Assembly (NCBI GenBank): GCA_965205505.1
Contig: CBDBHB010000009.1
Span: 768,001-832,000 of the forward strand
Length of the DNA stretch: 64,000 nucleotides
DNA from: Acidobacteriota bacterium
Lineage (GTDB): Bacteria; Acidobacteriota; UBA890; WLXD01
Reading direction: 5' to 3'
Numbering within the stretch: the first letter of the stretch is position 1; every line of letters starts with the position of its first letter. The notes under the pieces were generated by a model. The model had not been told where the DNA came from, ran no database searches, and was given only the letters and a program-made list of their open reading frames with translations. Shown one piece after another: positions 41,307 to 50,701 of this stretch. The position numbers and the translations under genes were made by a program.

Positions 41307-42581
41307 GTGAAGCTGACACGCGTCCTTGCAGGAACCTTGCTACTGGCCCTGGTCGCCATGCCCGTCTGGGCGCAGGGGCTACCGATGTCTTCGCCGGAAG
41401 ATGTGGGGCTGTCGAGCGAGCGGCTCGAGCGCATCGGTCCGTTCCTTCAGCGGCATATCGACTCGGAGCTGATCTCCGGATCCGTGGTGATGGTTGCCCG
41501 TAACGGACGGGTCGCCTACCACGAGGCGTTCGGTGAGCTCGACATGGATGCCGACACGCCCATGGCGAAGGACTCGATCTTCCGCATCTACTCGATGACC
41601 AAGCCCATTACCTCGTTGGCGGTGATGATGCTCTGGGAGGAGGGCCTGTTCCTGCTCAACGATCCGGTGTCGAAGTACATTCCCGAGCTCGGTGGGCTGC
41701 AGGTGGGTACGGATGGAGTCGGCGCCGATGGTCGGCCCGAGTTCGCCACCATGCGCTCGAGCCGCGACATGACCATTCGCGATCTACTGCGCCACACCTC
41801 CGGCTTGACCTACGGGATCTTTGGCGCCTCCACCGTCGACAAGATGTACAACGAGCAGGAGCTGCTCAATTCGGGGTCGTTGGCCGAGTTCGTCAACACG
41901 CTGAGCAAGTTGCCGCTGCGCTACGACCCGGGCACTACGTGGAACTACAGCGTGTCCACCGATGTGCTGGGTCGTTTCGTCGAGGTGATCTCGGGCATGC
42001 CGTTTGATCAGTTCCTCGAAGAGCGCATTTTCCTGCCCTTGGAGATGAACGACACCGCGTTTTGGGTGCCGGAGAGCAAGGCCCACCGGCTGACGACGCT
42101 TTATACGCCGAACGGTGTCGACGACCTCACGCTGAAGGAAATGGAGACTGACGCTGTTGCACGCGACTATCGCGAGCCTCCTCCGGCGCCCTCGGGGGGC
42201 GGGGGGCTGCTGTCGACCGCGACCGACTACGTGCGCTTTTGCCAGATGCTGCTCAACGGCGGCGAGCTCGGTGGCGTCAGGCTGCTAGGTACGCATACCG
42301 TAGAGATGATGACGCGAGATCATCTCGGCGACATCGAGATGGGCCTGGGCGCGGAAGGCCACGGCTTCGGTCTCGGCTTCATGATCAACGCCGACCTGGG
42401 CACGATGGGTGCAACTGCACACGAGGGTACGTTCTCGTGGGGCGGCTACGCCCACACGCGCTTCTGGGTCGACCCGGTAGACGATCTGATCGGCATCTTC
42501 ATGATCCAGATCCTACCGTCTTCGGCGGTGGACTACGGCGACAAGTTCAAGAGCCTCGTGTACCAATCGATTCTGGAGTAG
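41307..42581 (+). CDS. Serine hydrolase (beta-lactamase class C-like)
   Basis: SMTK, LLRHTSG, WNYS and FSWGG motifs; signal peptide. Confidence 0.92.
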   Translation: MKLTRVLAGTLLLALVAMPVWAQGLPMSSPEDVGLSSERLERIGPFLQRHIDSELISGSVVMVARNGRVAYHEAFGELDMDADTPMAKDSIFRIYSMTKPITSLAVMMLWEEGLFLLNDPVSKYIPELGGLQVGTDGVGADGRPEFATMRSSRDMTIRDLLRHTSGLTYGIFGASTVDKMYNEQELLNSGSLAEFVNTLSKLPLRYDPGTTWNYSVSTDVLGRFVEVISGMPFDQFLEERIFLPLEMNDTAFWVPESKAHRLTTLYTPNGVDDLTLKEMETDAVARDYREPPPAPSGGGGLLSTATDYVRFCQMLLNGGELGGVRLLGTHTVEMMTRDHLGDIEMGLGAEGHGFGLGFMINADLGTMGATAHEGTFSWGGYAHTRFWVDPVDDLIGIFMIQILPSSAVDYGDKFKSLVYQSILE

Positions 42582-42590
42582 CGCAGCGGC

Positions 42591-42660
42591 GGCCCGCGAC
42601 GCGATGGCCCGCGACGCGATGGCCGGCGTTGCGCCCACCTCGACGTAGCGGATCTACGTC
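42591..42660. repeat. 15-bp tandem repeat followed by a short hairpin in a convergent intergenic region
   Basis: GGCCCGCGACGCGAT x2 (42591-42620), then GACGTAG-CGGAT-CTACGTC. Confidence 0.6.
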
Positions 42661-42709
42661 TGCGTCGGCGCGCCTTGGCCCCCGCGCCGCGTACTCGGCC
42701 GGCTGTGGT

Positions 42710-43855
42710 CTAGCCAGCAGATTTCTTGCGCGGTACGAACGGGGTCGGAATGACCGTCGCCTGAGCCTCGCCGAACGGGCCTCGGACGGTGAAGGTCGAG
42801 CCCTCATCGGCAAGCGCGACAGGGATGTTGGCGAAGCCGATGTTCTTGTCGAGCCGCGGCGAGTGGATGCAGCGGGTGATGCGGCCGATCTGCTCGTCGC
42901 CGTCGACGATCGGCAGCCATTCCTCGTTGAGGCGAGGCAGTGGGTCACAGTCGATCTCTACCCCCACCAGCCGGCGCTTCACCCCCTTCGCCGCGATGCG
43001 CTTCAGAGCTTCCTTGCCGATGAAGTCGGCCTCCTGCTCCAGGTCGACGAGACGCTCGTAGCCCAACGTGAACGGGTTGTCGTCGAGCGTGATGTCGGAG
43101 CGGTAGTCGAGGTTGCCGGCCTCGATGCTGCGGATCGCCGAGGGACAGATGGCGGCGATGTCCCACTCGGCGCCGGCCGCCATGATCATCTCCCACAGCT
43201 CGTCGCCGCGATCACTGCTGTGCGGCAGAATCTCGAACCCGAACTCGCCGCTCCAGCCTGTACGCGTGAGCACCAACGGGATGCCTTCGAGCTCGGTCTC
43301 GCGCAGGCGGTAGAAGCCCAGCTCCTCGACCCAGTCTCCGAACAGCCTTCGTGCCACATGGATCGAGCTCGGGCCCTGCAGCTGCATCGGCCACACGTCT
43401 GGCTCGCGCACGGTCACGTCCATGCCTGAGCTGACGGCAGCGCCCATTGCCCACAGCAATGTGTCGCCGTCACCGGGCGAGAACCAAAAGCGATCCTCCG
43501 CCAATCGATACAGCACCGCATCGTTGACGATGCCGCCGGCCTCGTTGGTGAGCAGCACGTACTTGCACTGCCCGACTGCGCAGCTCGCCAGGTTGCGCGG
43601 CGTCAGGTACTGGGTGAAGCGCGCCGCCTCAGGGCCGCTGATCTCGACCTGACGCTGGCAGCCGACGTCCCAGAGGGTCACCGTCTTGAGCAGCTTCCAG
43701 TACTCATCGACGCTGTCGGTGTACCAGATGGGCAGTAAGGTGTGGTTGTAGATCGAGAAGCCCTTGGCTCCCCAGCGCCGGGTGGCATCGAAGTACGGTG
43801 ACTTCCGGACCCGTGGTCCGATGGCAATCTGTGCGGCAAAGCCATCGTCGGTCAT
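42710..43855 (-). CDS. GcvT-family THF-dependent methyltransferase, DmdA-like
   Basis: RVRKSPYF...FSIYNHTLLP...LWDVGCQRQVEISGP and RTGWSGEFGFE. The N-terminus resembles DmdA more than canonical GcvT. Confidence 0.85.
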   Translation of the reverse strand: MTDDGFAAQIAIGPRVRKSPYFDATRRWGAKGFSIYNHTLLPIWYTDSVDEYWKLLKTVTLWDVGCQRQVEISGPEAARFTQYLTPRNLASCAVGQCKYVLLTNEAGGIVNDAVLYRLAEDRFWFSPGDGDTLLWAMGAAVSSGMDVTVREPDVWPMQLQGPSSIHVARRLFGDWVEELGFYRLRETELEGIPLVLTRTGWSGEFGFEILPHSSDRGDELWEMIMAAGAEWDIAAICPSAIRSIEAGNLDYRSDITLDDNPFTLGYERLVDLEQEADFIGKEALKRIAAKGVKRRLVGVEIDCDPLPRLNEEWLPIVDGDEQIGRITRCIHSPRLDKNIGFANIPVALADEGSTFTVRGPFGEAQATVIPTPFVPRKKSAG

Positions 43856-43915
43856 GGTGCTCTCCTTCAGCAGGCAGTGGTGGAAGTGTGATAGGTAACT
43901 GCCTGCTAGACAGCG

Positions 43916-44335
43916 CTACTCGAGCGCCCCGGGCGGTCCCGGATCGGTAATCATGAAGCTGGCGTAGCACTGGGCAACCAGGCTGCCATCGTCGGCGCGC
44001 AGGGCGCGTCCCTCCAGCTGTGCCAGCTTGCCCCTCAACTTGGTCAGTCGCCCCTCGAGCAACACGTCGGTACCGGTTGGCAGTGGCTGCCGATAGCGCA
44101 TCTCGCAACGTGCCGTGTGGCCGCGCGCACCGCGCAGGAACAGCCAGTTCGCCATGACGTCGTCGAGTGCGCTGTAGAGAATGCCACCGTGCGTCTGGCC
44201 GTCGAATCCGCAGTGGTTGTCGCCAGGGGTGAACTCGCCGCGGCAGACTTCGTCGTCGAGACGAAAACGGATCCCGAGCCCGATCGGATTGTCGGGGCCG
44301 CAAACGAAGCAGCGTGGCGCGTCGGCTCTGGACAC
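43916..44335 (-). CDS. PaaI/hotdog thioesterase
   Basis: CFVCGPDNPIGL and HGGILYSALDD motifs. Confidence 0.9.
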   Translation of the reverse strand: MSRADAPRCFVCGPDNPIGLGIRFRLDDEVCRGEFTPGDNHCGFDGQTHGGILYSALDDVMANWLFLRGARGHTARCEMRYRQPLPTGTDVLLEGRLTKLRGKLAQLEGRALRADDGSLVAQCYASFMITDPGPPGALE

Positions 44336-44811
44336 TACCCTTTGGCCGGCGGCGCGTACATCGTCAGCTGCTCGTAGAGCATGGCGGGTTTATCCGCGCC
44401 TTCGACGCGGATCTCCACCTCGTGGATCAGCACGGTTCCCTTGGGCTTGGCAACGACGTCGGTAAGGCGCTGCCGTAGGCGCACGCGACTGCCGACGGGA
44501 ACGGGATCGATGAACCGCAGCCGATTGGCCCCGTAGTTGATCGTCATCTCCGCACCGGTGAGCTCCAGCTCGGATCCGTCGCGCAGCGAGGCGGTCAGGC
44601 TGAGCATCAGGAACCCATGGGCGATCGTCGTGCCGAACGGCCCTGCCTCAGCGCGCGCGATGTCTTCGTGGATCCACTGGTGATCGTCGGTGACGTCGGC
44701 GAAGGTGTTGATGCGTTCCTGGGTGATCTCCAGCGCCGGGCCATAGTTGCCGAACTCATCGCTGATGAGTTCGCGGAGCCCGTCGATATCGTCGAAACGG
44801 ACTTGAGTCAT
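44335..44811 (-). CDS. MaoC family dehydratase
   Basis: FADVTDDHQWIH, TIAHGFL and NYGANRLRF motifs. Confidence 0.9.
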   Translation of the reverse strand: MTQVRFDDIDGLRELISDEFGNYGPALEITQERINTFADVTDDHQWIHEDIARAEAGPFGTTIAHGFLMLSLTASLRDGSELELTGAEMTINYGANRLRFIDPVPVGSRVRLRQRLTDVVAKPKGTVLIHEVEIRVEGADKPAMLYEQLTMYAPPAKG

Positions 44812-44901
44812 CGAGGTACTCGGTTTCTGAGCTGGTGGCCTGCGTGGCGGCCAGCCATAATGCCATCCCTTCCATACAGGTTCCATCTGCGGGTGTTGAC
44901 G

Positions 44902-46641
44902 ATGAACGAGAATGACCGAGCGGCAAGCGGGCGTTGGCGAGCCCATCATGAGGGTCGAAACCTGCTGACTAGCGCCGCACCGTGGTCGAGACCGTGGCTG
45001 TCGGTAGCGGCCGTGGCGCTGGCGTTGGCGCTGCCGGTGGCCTGCGGCCCGGCTTCACCGGCGGCAGCCGAGGGCGAAGGGTCGGTCGCCACCAGTGTGT
45101 CCATCGCCACGCCCCCGCGGGTCGAGGCCGACGGCGAGACCCTCGAGGGCGACTACTTCGGCTCCGACGCAAGCCAGGCGGTGTTCAAGGGAATTCCGTA
45201 TGCGCTGCCGCCGATCGGCGAGCTTCGATGGCGACCGCCGCAACTGCGCGAGCCGCGCGAGGGGCTGCAGTCGGCCACTACCTTTCCGCCCGCCTGCCCG
45301 CAGACCGACGGCAACCTGAGCTGGTATCGGTCGCAGGCCACCGCGCTAGGCCAGGATCCGAGCGTCGTCTTCGGTATGCCGCCGGTCAGCGAGGACTGTC
45401 TCTATGTCAACGTCTGGACCACGAACTGGCAGGGCGATACGCCACAGCCGGTGATGGTGTGGATATACGGTGGTGGCAACACCGTCGGGTGGTCCACGGA
45501 GCCGCCGTATCTCGGCCACCGCCTGGCGCGCCGCGGGGTGGTGGTGGTGTCGCTGAACTACCGCGTCAACAACTTCGGCTTCATGGCGCACCCGGAGCTC
45601 ACCGCGGAGTCGGAGAACGATGCTTCGGGTAACTACGGTCTGCTCGACCAGATCGCCGCCTTGGAGTGGGTGCAGCGCAACATCGCTCAGTTCGGTGGCG
45701 ACCCTGATCGAGTCACCGTCTTCGGCGAATCGGCCGGCGGAGCCAACGTGGCTTTCTTGCTGGCGTCGCCGCTTTCCGAAGGGTTGTTCCACCGGGCCAT
45801 CTCCCAGAGCGGCGGCTATCCCGTGCGCTCGTTCTATGACCTCGAGCAGGCCGAGGAGAGAGGGCGGCAGCTCGGCAAAGTGCTGGGCGGTGCGGCGGCG
45901 AGCGAGGACCCGGCCGCATCGCTGGCGGCCATGCGAGCCGCCAGCATTGAGGAGATCCTCGAAGCCAGGCTGCCTCGAGGTAGCGGCGGGGGCGGACCGA
46001 ATGTCGACGGCTGGGTCGTGCCGCGCTCGCTGGCGGAGACGTTCGCGTCCGGCGAGCAGCACGCCATCCCGCTGCTGATCGGCTTCAATGCCAATGAGGG
46101 TGCCATGGGGGCGCAGCGCGAGCTCGATGCGCAGCGGGTTGAGCAAACCATCCGCGACACCTACGGCTCGCTTGCTGATCGGGCCATGGAGATCTATCCG
46201 GTGGACGGCGACGAGGAGCTCGCCGACGTTCTCGATCGGTACAGCACCAACACGACGTTCGGCTGCAGCTCCAAGTACGTCACCGCGGCGACCCCGCAGA
46301 CCGGCGCCAACGCCTGGCTGTATTTCTTCACCCGCGTGCAGCCGGCCGGAAAGCTCGGCGCCTACCACGGGGCCGAGATTCCCTACGTGTTCAATACCCC
46401 GGATTCGTGGATGCCATGGGATACCACCGACGCGGCGCTGGCCGATGCGGTCGGTGGGTACTGGACACAGTTCGCTGCCACCGGTGATCCGAACCGTGAT
46501 GGGCTTCCGCAGTGGCCGGCCTGGGAAGAATCGACCGACGCCTACATGGAGCTCGGCGATCGGGTCAGGGCCGGTGAGGAATTGCGTCAGGACGCCTGCG
46601 CGCTCTACAACGAGGCGCTGGCGATGTGGGCACAGGAGTAA
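44902..46641 (+). CDS. Carboxylesterase type B
   Basis: FKGIPYA, SEDCLYVNVW, FGESAG and GAYHGAEIPY motifs. Start uncertain. Confidence 0.93.
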   Translation: MNENDRAASGRWRAHHEGRNLLTSAAPWSRPWLSVAAVALALALPVACGPASPAAAEGEGSVATSVSIATPPRVEADGETLEGDYFGSDASQAVFKGIPYALPPIGELRWRPPQLREPREGLQSATTFPPACPQTDGNLSWYRSQATALGQDPSVVFGMPPVSEDCLYVNVWTTNWQGDTPQPVMVWIYGGGNTVGWSTEPPYLGHRLARRGVVVVSLNYRVNNFGFMAHPELTAESENDASGNYGLLDQIAALEWVQRNIAQFGGDPDRVTVFGESAGGANVAFLLASPLSEGLFHRAISQSGGYPVRSFYDLEQAEERGRQLGKVLGGAAASEDPAASLAAMRAASIEEILEARLPRGSGGGGPNVDGWVVPRSLAETFASGEQHAIPLLIGFNANEGAMGAQRELDAQRVEQTIRDTYGSLADRAMEIYPVDGDEELADVLDRYSTNTTFGCSSKYVTAATPQTGANAWLYFFTRVQPAGKLGAYHGAEIPYVFNTPDSWMPWDTTDAALADAVGGYWTQFAATGDPNRDGLPQWPAWEESTDAYMELGDRVRAGEELRQDACALYNEALAMWAQE

Positions 46642-46707
46642 TGGTCCGGGTTTCCAACACGGGCCACCAATCCACGGCGTGGCGCGAGCTACTGCCCGTA
46701 CTCGGAG

Positions 46708-48174
46708 CTAGCGCCTCTCGAATACGATGCCCCGCTCTGAGCCCGAGCTCAGGCCGAAACCGGTGACGTTGCCGGCACGGTTGCGGTTGAACTCCAGGCT
46801 CGCCGGCTGCGGCCCCGACAGTCCCTGATCGCGGAACCTGATCTCGAAGCGGTCATCGGCCACCGGCGTGACCTGCAGCGGCGGCTCCTGCTCGATGCGC
46901 ACCACCAGGCCACCGTCGGCCACCGCGAAACGGTAGGTGGCGTCGAGCTCGGGCGCGAAGAAGGTACCGGCGTACTCCGCGAGCCGGTCGGATGTCAGAG
47001 CCGGTGGCGCGGAGGTCTCGGCGACAGCTTGCCGGCCGCTCGAGCGGTCGTCGTCGACCTCTTCGGGCCCCAACCGGTCAGCCAGGTAGTGGTCGGCGAC
47101 ACGCTGCGCGAAGCGCCCGGGGGTGGCGTCGTCGTCGTTGCACGAGACGGCGATCGACAGGCCGGGCTCGACGAAGCGCACGAGCTGCGTGCGGAATCCC
47201 CAGGAGCTACCGCTGTGCCCCACCGTGCTCAGGCCTCGGTAATCAGCGAGCACGAGTCCCTGCGCGTAGCCTAGCGGATCGCCGTTGTTGAGGTGCCCCT
47301 CGGTGAGCATCAGTGGATGAATGGCGGGCTTGTCGTCGCCGTGCAGGTAGTCGTCCCAGCGCAGCAGGTCCTCCATCGTTGCGTAGAGCTGCCCGTCGCC
47401 GGCGACGTCGAAGTTGTAGTTGTGCACGATGCGCAGGCGGCCCTGATCATCGCGCGCATAGCCGGTGGCGCGGCGCGGGACGATCCTCTCGAGGTTCTCG
47501 TACATGAAGCTGCCTTCCATCCCCAGCGGATCGAAGATGCGCTCCTGCGCCATCTCGCCCAGCGACTGGCCACCGGCGCGTTCGATCACCTGCGATAGCA
47601 GCATGAAGGCGGTATTGCTGTACCGGTAGCGCTCGCCGGGTTGGAAGATCAGGGCGCGCTGTCGCGACATCATTGCCCGGATCTGCGCGTGCGAGATGGG
47701 GTAGTAGTCACCGCGCCCGGCGAGCGGGAACAGGTTCAGATAGTTACGCAGGCCGCTGGTGTGGTGCAGCATGTGCCGCAGGGTGATCGGCCAGTCGTAC
47801 TCGGGGATCTCGGAGAGCCACGTCTGGATCGTGTCGTCGAGCGACAGCTTGCCTTCCAGCGCCAGCATGCTGAGGGCGGCGGCGGTGAACTGCTTGGTCA
47901 CCGAACCGACGTCGAACACCGTCTGCGGCGTGATGGGGATGTCGTAGTCGAGGTTGGCGTAACCGTAGCCGCGCGAGTAGATCAGGTCGCCATTTTGCGC
48001 CACCGCGATCGCGCAGCCTGCCGATCCCGGCTGCTCCCAGGAAGCGAAGACAGCATCGATCGCGGCATTGTCGGCGCCGGTCTCGACACCGGCATGCGGG
48101 TCATCCGGGGTGGCGCAGGCGCCGGTGAGGGCAAGGCACACGACGAGAGCTGCCAAGCGAGGGGAGGGAATCAT
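46708..48174 (-). CDS. Serine hydrolase lipoprotein (D-aminopeptidase-like)
   Basis: SVTK, HHTSGL, YSN and HSG motifs, with a C-terminal beta domain. Confidence 0.9.
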   Translation of the reverse strand: MIPSPRLAALVVCLALTGACATPDDPHAGVETGADNAAIDAVFASWEQPGSAGCAIAVAQNGDLIYSRGYGYANLDYDIPITPQTVFDVGSVTKQFTAAALSMLALEGKLSLDDTIQTWLSEIPEYDWPITLRHMLHHTSGLRNYLNLFPLAGRGDYYPISHAQIRAMMSRQRALIFQPGERYRYSNTAFMLLSQVIERAGGQSLGEMAQERIFDPLGMEGSFMYENLERIVPRRATGYARDDQGRLRIVHNYNFDVAGDGQLYATMEDLLRWDDYLHGDDKPAIHPLMLTEGHLNNGDPLGYAQGLVLADYRGLSTVGHSGSSWGFRTQLVRFVEPGLSIAVSCNDDDATPGRFAQRVADHYLADRLGPEEVDDDRSSGRQAVAETSAPPALTSDRLAEYAGTFFAPELDATYRFAVADGGLVVRIEQEPPLQVTPVADDRFEIRFRDQGLSGPQPASLEFNRNRAGNVTGFGLSSGSERGIVFERR

Positions 48175-49460
48175 GGTCTCTCCGTGAGCGCCTGGTAGGC
48201 GAGGATGCGGATCTCGGCGCGGAGCGGGTAACGATCCGATGGCGATATCTGGGTCAGCAGCAACCCGACGAGCTCCTCGGTTCGGTCTACCCAGAAATAG
48301 GTACTGCGAGCGCCGCCCCAGGAGAACGAGCCGGCGGAGCCCATCAACGACGATTGCGCTACGTCGGTGATCACCGCACCGGTGAGCCCGTACCCCACAC
48401 CGCGTGGGCTCGATTGCAGCGAGGTGGCCATCGCCGCCATCGGCTCCGGGCCGAGCGACGGGTCGAGGTGGTTCATCATCATCAGGTCGACGGTCTTGCG
48501 GCCGAGAATGCGCACTCCGTCGAGCTCGCCGCTGTTGGCGAGCATCTGAGCGAAACGAAGGTAGTCGGCAGCGGTCGACACCGAGCCACTGCCGCCGTAG
48601 GGCACGCGGTCCGGATCATGAATCCCCGGTCGGCTCGGCGCCCGCTCCATGCCGCGTTCCGGGGTAGCCCGGTAGCTGGCGGCCAGGCGGTCGGCGTTTT
48701 GCTCAGGAACATAGAAGGCGGTGTCGGTCATTCCGAGCGGTTCGAAGACGCGCTCGGCGAGGAACTCGTCGAATGGTTGTCCCGACAGCACCTCCACTAG
48801 CCGCCCGAGAACGTCCTGCGAGATGCTGTACACCCACTTGCTGCCGGGCTGGCGCGCCAGCGGTATCGACGCGACACGCTCGACGAAATTCGCCAGCGAC
48901 GGCGCCGCAAACAGCTGTGCCTCACTGTACAGCTCTCCGACCGGAGTCTCGTCACCGCCGTAGATCAGGCCCGAGGTGTGGGTCAGCAGATCCTTGACCG
49001 TCATTGTACGGGCCGGCTCGGTTTGCGGGTTTGCGGCGGTGCCGCCGATCCATACCTCGGTGTCGGCAAACTCCGGCAGGTACTGAGATACTGGATCGGT
49101 GAGCAGATAATGCCCCTCCTCGTAGAGGATCATCATCGCCACGCCGGTCATCGGCTTGGTCATCGACGCCATCCGAAAGATGGTGTCCTCGCGCAGCGCC
49201 TTGCCCTGCTCGACGTCCATCATGCCGACCTGGTCGAAGTGGACCAGTTTGCCGCGACGGGCGACGGCGGTGATCACTCCCGGCAGCGTGCCGGCGTCGA
49301 CGTAGCGCTGCATGGCCGGCCGGATGCGGGCCAGGCGCTCGCTCGACATACCCACCTCTTCGGGAGCGGCGCGCGGCAAGCCCTGCGCTGAAGCGGTGAG
49401 CGTTGCACCTGCCACCAATAGCGTCGTCGTTGTCGCGATGACGGAGATCTGTTTGTTCAT
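48171..49460 (-). CDS. Serine hydrolase (beta-lactamase class C-like)
   Basis: SMTK, LLTHTSG and FSWGG motifs; paralogous to 41307..42581. Confidence 0.9.
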   Translation of the reverse strand: MNKQISVIATTTTLLVAGATLTASAQGLPRAAPEEVGMSSERLARIRPAMQRYVDAGTLPGVITAVARRGKLVHFDQVGMMDVEQGKALREDTIFRMASMTKPMTGVAMMILYEEGHYLLTDPVSQYLPEFADTEVWIGGTAANPQTEPARTMTVKDLLTHTSGLIYGGDETPVGELYSEAQLFAAPSLANFVERVASIPLARQPGSKWVYSISQDVLGRLVEVLSGQPFDEFLAERVFEPLGMTDTAFYVPEQNADRLAASYRATPERGMERAPSRPGIHDPDRVPYGGSGSVSTAADYLRFAQMLANSGELDGVRILGRKTVDLMMMNHLDPSLGPEPMAAMATSLQSSPRGVGYGLTGAVITDVAQSSLMGSAGSFSWGGARSTYFWVDRTEELVGLLLTQISPSDRYPLRAEIRILAYQALTERP

Positions 49461-49608
49461 CCGGTTCCTCCAGCAAACACGGCAGTCTAATCGCCGTGCA
49501 ATGCTGTCTAGATGAGATGAGAAGGCCAACCTCCTGAACGCAGTAGCCTGACGGCTCTGCAAACGTTTCTTCAAACGTAACGGGCTCGAAGCCCAAGGAG
49601 GTTGGCCG

Positions 49609-50654
49609 ATGACAAGTGTAACGATTGGACTGGACGTAAGCGACCGGTACAGCCGTATGTGCGTGCTCGACAGTAAGGGCAGGGTGATGGAGGAAGGGCG
49701 GGTGAGGACGAGCCCGGAGGGGCTGGCGAGGCGGTTCGGGTGCGAGGAGCCCGCTCGAGTAGTGCTGGAGGTTGGAACGCACTCGCCGTGGATGAGTGAG
49801 CAGTTGAAGCAACTGGGTCATGAGGTGCTGGTGGCTAACCCGAGGCGGCTGAAGCTGATCTATGGCGAGCACGACAAGACCGACCGGTTGGATGCCGAGC
49901 ACCTGGCACGAGTGGGCAGAATGGACCCAAAGCTGCTTAAGACGGTGCAGCATCGAGGCAGACAAGCGCGAGCGGATCTAGCCGTGATTCGGAGCCGAGA
50001 TGCTCTGGTAAAGAGCCCACGCAGTTGGTGAGCCATGTGCGTGGTGCGGTCAAGTCGGCCGGTTGTCGTATTCCCAGGTGCTCGACGCCGGCGTTCGCGC
50101 GCACCGCGCCAGAGCACATACCGGAGCGGCTCAAGGGAGCGCTCGAGCCGGTGCTTGAAACGATCGCCATGCTGACGGGCAACATCCAGCAATACGAGCG
50201 TCAGATCGCGCAGCTGTGCCAGGGGCGATACCCGGAGACACAGCAGCTCCAGCAAGTGGCCGGGGTCGGAGCTCTGACCGCACTGGCGTATGTGCTGACG
50301 CTTGAGGAGCCGGAACGGTTCAATACCTCCAGAGCCGTGGGCCCGTACCTGGGACTGAGACCGAAGAAACGGCAGTCGGGGGACAAGGACCCTGCGCTAC
50401 GAATAACCAAGGCGGGCGACAAAATGCTCCGACGCCTGTTGGTGGGCTCGGCGCATTACATCCTGGGCCCCTTCGGGCCCGATACTGAGCTCAGACGCTG
50501 GGGGCTCAAGCTGGCCGGACGCGGTGGTCCTCATGGCAACAAAAAGGCAGCAGTTGCTGTCGCCCGTAAGCTCGCCGTTGTGCTGCACCGACTGTGGCTG
50601 AGTGGAGACGAGTACGAACCGTTGCGCGCACCTGTAGAGGTTTCAGCAGCATGA
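49609..50654 (+). pseudogene. IS110 DEDD recombinase, 1-nt deletion near 50017
   Basis: GLDVS, VLEVG and KTDRLDA in ORF1; GVGALTA, GLRPKKRQSG and KKAAVAVARKL in ORF2. AAG-AGC-CC-ACG-CAG lacks one base relative to the expected K-S-R-T-Q. Confidence 0.92.
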
Positions 50655-50701
50655 ACTAACCCGCAACCAGGAGGTCGGTAGGGCGACGCGACCCAACGGT
50701 T

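Noticed and set aside
50011-50031. Programmed ribosomal frameshift in the IS110 gene
   Set aside because: No canonical slippery sequence, and IS110 recombinases are normally single ORFs; a 1-nt deletion is the simpler explanation.
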